Part shown: in pieces, positions 58,527 through 64,000 of the stretch
How the letters are laid out: each line of letters starts with the position of its first letter
Numbering within the stretch: the first letter of the stretch is position 1
From: an uncultured virus (IMG/VR IMGVR_UViG_3300028557_000031)
Lineage: Duplodnaviria; Heunggongvirae; Uroviricota; Caudoviricetes
IMG/VR virus record: IMGVR_UViG_3300028557_000031
Coordinates: 1-64,000 of that record
Direction: 5' to 3' (one strand)
DNA: 64,000 bases
Made by a program: the position numbers and the translations under genes
Notes under the pieces: model-generated
Databases searched by the model: none
Told to the model about the DNA's origin: nothing
The model's input: only the letters and a program-made list of their open reading frames with translations

Positions 58527-59138
58527 TTATTTCAATAATCCGTAGTATTTGAATGTTTTTTCTTCTCTATCGGCCAAACCGTGAGTACCACCATTGATTC
58601 TCTTAGTAAGTGCTAAAATAGTTTCTTTTGTAACACCTTTGTCACAGATGTCCCATAACTTATTTTTTTCAAAGAAAAACATTGCAGATTCAAATGACAA
58701 TTCACCAGCAACCAAGTCAGGTTGTTCCATAATCAATGGATTCTTCAGGTAATCAGCAAATGCTTTGTAGTTTGCTTTACCTGTCAATTGAAGAGCACCT
58801 CTACCACGGTACTTCCATCCCTCACCCGAGGTTTCATCACCATTACCCATTCTTGATGCGTAAACTCGATTAGCAATTTTCTCAGGGTCCCTTTGGTAAG
58901 ACTCATTTAAGGTACCAGGAAAATACTTTCCAAAGATTTTTTTCAAACCATCGCCAGAATAATTCAAGTTTTCTGAGAATGCTTTAAAACCTCCTGTTTC
59001 ATGTGCTGTTTGAGCGAAGAAATGTGCCGCTCTTTCAGGTGTCATTTTATAATAAGCCATTGCAGCTTTTAAAGTTCCTGGACCGAAAGCTCCGTCCGCA
59101 GTTACTCCGATTTTTGTTTGTAGATTTTTTAAACTCAT
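58527..59138 (-). CDS. Endolysin, glycoside hydrolase family 19 with a peptidoglycan-binding N-terminus
   Basis: LQ.KIGV.ADG.FGPGT; AHFFAQ.AHETGGF...ENLNY; YRGRG.LQLTG..NY; TKRINGG..GL.DR. Start taken as MSLKNLQ. Confidence 0.9.
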   Translation of the reverse strand: MSLKNLQTKIGVTADGAFGPGTLKAAMAYYKMTPERAAHFFAQTAHETGGFKAFSENLNYSGDGLKKIFGKYFPGTLNESYQRDPEKIANRVYASRMGNGDETSGEGWKYRGRGALQLTGKANYKAFADYLKNPLIMEQPDLVAGELSFESAMFFFEKNKLWDICDKGVTKETILALTKRINGGTHGLADREEKTFKYYGLLK

Positions 59139-59483
59139 AGTGTATAATTTTACCATAAATATCTTAAAAAATGCCACGAGTCCCAAAAATCTTAGAATAT
59201 AACAAAATGAAAGTTGCGGATTTAAAAAAACTTTGTGAGGATAGAGATATCCAATGTAAAATGATTGTCAAGGATATGATAAACGCTCTAAAATTGGAAG
59301 AAGAAGGTAAATGGATTTTTCACACCGAACAAGAAAAATATAAAAAAGGGGGGTATATTATAAAAATAGATTACAGAAATAAAGAACATTTAATCAAAAT
59401 GGGACAACTAATTGAAAAGGGATTGTCTCGTAGAACGAATATCTACTCAATGTTCAAAATTTGGTATAAAATGGAATCGGAAT

Positions 59484-60431
59484 TTATTCAGTCACAAAAT
59501 TGACATTTATTTCCAATTTTTCTTTTGCGGTTTTTGCGAATTTATGAGGTAAATTACGGATGAGTACCTCCTCTAAAGTTTCACCCATTCTTTCTTCAAA
59601 ATCCTGTACATTCGGCTTTTGCTTGGTCACAATTTTTCCATCAATATCTAAGAAAGCAACTTCCAAAACATCCAAATTAAAAATTATTTTATCGTTTTTT
59701 TCTATAGAATCCAAACGAATTTTGAATCTCACTTTATCAGTTGGATATCCAAATTGTCTCAAAGGATTCGTACCTGTTATAAAAATGTAATTACGACCTT
59801 CATATGAAGATTTTAAAAAATCATAAAAACCATCAAAAATTGAATCTTGAATTTTATTGATGTCAACACCATTTCTGAGCTGGTTCATCTGTTGTGGTTC
59901 CAAAACATATCGATTATCACCCCAAATACGAGTCTGACTCATTTGTTTACTGGTGCTTTTAGAAAATGGTTCTGAAACTTGGTACCAAAATTTGTCCTTA
60001 AAAATATAAATGGGATACCATCCGTATGATGTTATCACAAATTGTTTTACACCCTTTGGGTCAGTTTCCCAAAACCCTTCGACATTATTTCCTTTAAAAG
60101 GTATTTTACCTTTTGCAAATGTTGACATTGTGTAATTGGCAATTTTGCCGGCTTTAATGTCTGATAATGATTTTTCTTCACCCTTTTTTATTTCCTCATA
60201 TCTTCCATCGGGACGATAATTTAAAGAATAAAGATAATAGTAATACATCGAATCACCCTTATCGTAACCTAAATAACCTAATACCTTTTTCAGATATTCA
60301 GTGATTTCCCCTTTGCTTTTAAGATTTTGTTTTTCTCTGTTTAAAAGGTTGAAAATTTTAATTTCATCGATAGAAAATGCTCTCTCAGATGATTCTTCTA
60401 ATAATATACTATACAATCTTAAACTTTTCAT
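59484..60431 (-). CDS. Hypothetical protein
   Basis: 315-aa ORF with a V.TSYGWYP motif. Confidence 0.6.
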   Translation of the reverse strand: MKSLRLYSILLEESSERAFSIDEIKIFNLLNREKQNLKSKGEITEYLKKVLGYLGYDKGDSMYYYYLYSLNYRPDGRYEEIKKGEEKSLSDIKAGKIANYTMSTFAKGKIPFKGNNVEGFWETDPKGVKQFVITSYGWYPIYIFKDKFWYQVSEPFSKSTSKQMSQTRIWGDNRYVLEPQQMNQLRNGVDINKIQDSIFDGFYDFLKSSYEGRNYIFITGTNPLRQFGYPTDKVRFKIRLDSIEKNDKIIFNLDVLEVAFLDIDGKIVTKQKPNVQDFEERMGETLEEVLIRNLPHKFAKTAKEKLEINVNFVTE

Positions 60432-61177
60432 TCCACAACTTTAAATTGGGAAAACGAAATTTGCTTTTTCAACTTAAATTTATCAGGAATTGTTGCTTGT
60501 TTTTGAATCATCCGATGAATTTTTTCTGTTACTTCACCCATTTCATGTTGAACTTCAGAAGGTGTGGGAACCTCCGTCGATTGATATAATTCTGACAAGT
60601 AAATTAAATTATTAATTTTACCTTCTTTTTTTAAACGGCCATCCATCCAAGGCCTAACACTCCAATTAGGATATTGTTCCATCACCTTAGAATTTGATAT
60701 TGTTATTTCGGAAAAATATACCCAATCATATTTAATTTCGTCTTCTTCGAAATCATCTGTCATTTTTATATCAAGGATAAAGGGGTATTTTTTTACCATC
60801 TCCCTAAACACAACTCTCATTTCAAGACTATTTTCTACCTCACCCTGTGTCATACTATTCTATAAATACTTTATATTTATTTAAATATGGACTTTAAAGA
60901 GGCAATTGAAGAGGTTTTAGTGTACGAAGGTAGATTTTCTCCCGAGTACTCAAAAAATCTTTCAAATTTAATTATGTCAGAATCCGAAAAACTCGGAATG
61001 GAGATTCCAACTTACAATTTAATATGGAGTATAATTCACAGAGAAACTTTAACTAAGAAAGACTTTGCCCAAGAACTTGCTGAATATATTATGGAACTTT
61101 ACTACCGAGGTGGATACATCAACAAAGCGGAAAAAGAAATAGAAAGAATACTACAAGTTTTAAAACCCAAACAATAG

Positions 61178-61912
61178 TTATTCTAAGGTTGGTATTTCAC
61201 TTTTCCAAATAGCTCTTTGTACCAAATTATATTTTGGTTTTTGATTGTTGTAGTAATATAATGCCAAACTTTTTCTATTAATTTCTTCTGGACATTGAAG
61301 TGGATGTGGGTGACCGTGAGGTGCTTTATCAATATTAAACATAACCACACGGTTGGATATTGGGGAAATAAATTTTGCGGGGCCCGACATGTTTTTCCAC
61401 CAAAGTTCTAAGTCACCGTTCCAAGATTCATCCCAATAAGCATTTAAATAAACTAAAAGATTAAGATGACGATATAGGTCAGGTCGTACTTGGCTATCAT
61501 TAAAATCGTGGTGTACTTCTAATCTACCACCCCTTCCAGTTTGGTGATAAGCGGCATTTGCAAAACCTTCGGACTCATGTGTTAAGTTATTTAAACCAGA
61601 AATTTTACTAACAATTTGAAGAAACTCAGGAGAGTTTAAATATTTAATAACTTCTCTCATTGTTGGTAACATATTATTAAAGTCATAAATTTGTTTTTTA
61701 TTCACTTGGTCATTGTGTTCATCATAATTTCCACCACCAACAAATCTCCATAATTCACTTGGATTCGAAGAAATAAACTCAACTTCATTCATTAATCTGT
61801 CAATAACATCTTCACGGAAAAAATCATCCATCACAATGTGATTAAATGGAATATCAGTTTTAAAAGCCCGAGAGTATTCTTCGATGTTACGATAAGTCTT
61901 ATTACTTAACAT
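61178..61912 (-). CDS. 2OG-Fe(II) oxygenase (paralog of 45904)
   Basis: PFNHIVMDDF, LEVHHDFN, YLN..W...W.GDLELW, HGHP, RKSLALYY. Confidence 0.87.
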   Translation of the reverse strand: MLSNKTYRNIEEYSRAFKTDIPFNHIVMDDFFREDVIDRLMNEVEFISSNPSELWRFVGGGNYDEHNDQVNKKQIYDFNNMLPTMREVIKYLNSPEFLQIVSKISGLNNLTHESEGFANAAYHQTGRGGRLEVHHDFNDSQVRPDLYRHLNLLVYLNAYWDESWNGDLELWWKNMSGPAKFISPISNRVVMFNIDKAPHGHPHPLQCPEEINRKSLALYYYNNQKPKYNLVQRAIWKSEIPTLE

Positions 61913-62516
61913 ATTTTTTTATTTAATAATAATCAACAAACCGAACGGGTAAATCGTATTTTTCATTTACCCAATCTTTAAAAATTTCCTCTAAAAAATC
62001 TTCGTCAATTCCAAACATTTCCATCACCCCTGTCATGACAGATGACGGGACCCTAATTATGGCTTCTTTTTTTGAATATTTCATTGGTGTTTTTCCAGCA
62101 GAATTAACAAAATAAATCATACTTTCTTGATTAGGTACCATAGTGAGTTTACCAAATTTTATGTTAAGGTACTCTTTTACTTTGTTAGAATAAGACATGT
62201 TGGGTTTTGAAGTATAGTCGCCCATCACCCTTTTCAGGGTGTTAATGAGTCTATTCTGTTCTATTATACCGTTATCCAAGTTAGTAATATCTTAACAATA
62301 AATATTTTACAAAAAAGTAAAAGGGGGAGTAGCGAATTCCCCCTTTTTCGTTCCCATAACAGAAACGGTCCTAGTCCCACTTAAGGGTCAATGTATGGCT
62401 AAGTAACCCAAATAGAGTAAACCAAAAATAATTATGAAAACTCCAATCCAACCGATTAAAATTTCCAACCATTTTTTCATATAGATAAATAGTTGTAAAA
62501 AATTTAATATTCTTTT

Positions 62517-63044
62517 CTATCTCCCGTAAGTTTTGAAGATTTCAATCTTAGTTTGTAGGGGTTTCGATGGTGTTACTTTAGGTTTTCTTGAATTTTGGAG
62601 ATTGTTATAGACAATGTCAATGTGGTTCATATTAGTTCCACAACCTTTCAATGCCTCACGATATTCCTTAATAAAAAAATTATCTATCAAAGGGTCATCG
62701 GGTTTGATACTAAATTTTTTAGACACAGAGAGCCGAATAATTTCCAAGTCATCATTTTTTTTGAACAACCAATAAGGTATCCTAATCAAAAAATAACCTG
62801 GACGATTTTCATCGTGTGATAAAACCTTTATTTGACTTTTAGGTAATTTTATTTCTTTGACACTTATAAAGTAATCCAAAGCACCATTGGCCCATTCATT
62901 ACCTGACTTTTCTTTTTCTTGAACATTCAAAATAACAATCTGAGTAGATGTTTCACTCTTTACATAATAATATGCATCGATGGTCTTGTCTTCAGGGTTA
63001 TAAACCTTCTTGTAAAAGTTTTCCATACCCCAAAGATAAAACAA
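62517..63044 (-). CDS. Hypothetical protein
   Basis: 175-aa ORF; true start probably MENFY. Confidence 0.55.
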   Translation of the reverse strand: MFYLWGMENFYKKVYNPEDKTIDAYYYVKSETSTQIVILNVQEKEKSGNEWANGALDYFISVKEIKLPKSQIKVLSHDENRPGYFLIRIPYWLFKKNDDLEIIRLSVSKKFSIKPDDPLIDNFFIKEYREALKGCGTNMNHIDIVYNNLQNSRKPKVTPSKPLQTKIEIFKTYGR

Positions 63045-63295
63045 AAATCTTGATGGAAATTATTTTTTAAAAAAATATTCACCCATATGTTTGATGAAAA
63101 CCAAACCAACCTCAAACTCAGGATTTAATTTACGAATCCAAATTTCTTTAGAACCATCATATGGTTTCAAAGTGATTTTTTTATCTGTTAGTTCTATAGT
63201 ACCTTTTATATTTTCCATATTGAAATAATAAAACCATTTGGTGAAAAGTAAAAGTTGTTTTATATTTGTAGAACAAATTCTAATTAAAATTAAAA

Positions 63296-63433
63296 ATGGC
63301 AAAAATCTCATCCTCGAGTGGTAAGTTAGAAAAACCAAATGTTTCTCGTCCTGGCATTCACGCTAAGACCAAAACCTCAAAGAGCAAGCGTTCTAAACTC
63401 TATAAAAAGGCTTATAGAGGTCAAGGACGATAA
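63296..63433 (+). CDS. Small highly basic protein (45 aa)
   Basis: Below the ORF-track cutoff. MAKISSSSGKLEKPNVSRPGIHAKTKTSKSKRSKLYKKAYRGQGR*, with its own TATATTTG box and a terminator at 63442-63474. Confidence 0.75.
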   Translation: MAKISSSSGKLEKPNVSRPGIHAKTKTSKSKRSKLYKKAYRGQGR

Positions 63434-63489
63434 CTTCTCTCAACCCCCCCCTCTTTTACCGAGGGGGTTTTTTTATTATATTTGATATT

Positions 63490-64000
63490 ATGAACGGATA
63501 TAAAAAAATGTTCCATAAGATTATGGAATTCAAACTCAAGGGTGCCGACACTTATTATAACCATGGGTCTACTTGGATTATCTTGACCGACAAAAAACAG
63601 TGGGTTATAGAATTAACTAAAGATGGAACTCTTTGGTATAATTATTATTTCTTTCAGTCGATTCTTATTGGATTGATGGGGTTTGAAGATACGGTCAAAA
63701 ATCAGAATTATATTACCGAGTGGGTTGAGAATTTTATTCAAAATGGGGTGAAACACACCCGCAACGGATTTGAATCCCGCCCAATCAGCGTTGACGACAC
63801 CATTCAAAATAGGGTGAAAGAGACCAAACAAAACCCCATCGAGGACAGTCTTGCTATGGAAGAGGTCATTCAAAATGGGATTAAAGAAACTAAAACTTGC
63901 GAGTTACACTCTGCCTTGAGTGCCGAGCATATTATTAGAGAGGGTATCAAGGAAACTTGGGGTTATGAGAAACAACCTCAGATGAGAGTAAACGAGGTTA
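63490..64000 (+). CDS. Repeat-containing protein, partial (runs off the window)
   Basis: Open frame from ATG 63490 with ~22-aa repeats VENFIQNGVKHT, VDDTIQNRVKET, MEEVIQNGIKET, AEHIIREGIKET. Confidence 0.75.
   Translation, partial: MNGYKKMFHKIMEFKLKGADTYYNHGSTWIILTDKKQWVIELTKDGTLWYNYYFFQSILIGLMGFEDTVKNQNYITEWVENFIQNGVKHTRNGFESRPISVDDTIQNRVKETKQNPIEDSLAMEEVIQNGIKETKTCELHSALSAEHIIREGIKETWGYEKQPQMRVNEV

Noticed and set aside
62320..62392. Three small hairpins after a 30-aa hydrophobic ORF (minus strand) as a toxin-antitoxin or riboswitch element
   Set aside because: The last hairpin is adequately explained as a terminator; no antisense gene or aptamer consensus was recognisable.
63613..63873. 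86-aa minus-strand ORF
   Set aside because: Shadow of the plus-strand repeat protein that starts at 63490.

Overview
This is a 64-kb, AT-rich segment of a large tailed (T4-like/jumbo) bacteriophage. The host is most likely a Bacteroidota bacterium, judged from many TAnnTTTG promoter boxes, A/T-rich translation starts and a Gly-initiated tmRNA tag. The window starts with the portal gene (partial, carrying an intein) and the terminase large subunit. It also holds a UVR-protein/ClpC-type ATPase pair, ClpP, two tandem carbamoyltransferases, five 2OG-Fe(II) oxygenases, glycosyl- and methyltransferases, an RfbC epimerase, a shattered thyA locus, a GH19 endolysin and many putative virion proteins preceded by a TATTTAT motif. 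The most striking part is an RNA-gene district at about 13-30 kb that the ORF track does not show. It contains (i) a compact ~243-nt RNase P RNA with an intact, covarying catalytic core and a specificity domain reduced to a simple hairpin, (ii) a tmRNA with an unusual 21-residue tag, interrupted in its T-loop by a 194-nt group I intron, (iii) seven canonical-looking tRNAs and seven aberrant tRNA-like genes, and (iv) further unidentified structured RNAs. Together these suggest a phage-encoded tRNA-maturation, ribosome-rescue and proteolysis system. All calls come from reading motifs and base-pairing by eye; no database searches or folding programs were run.
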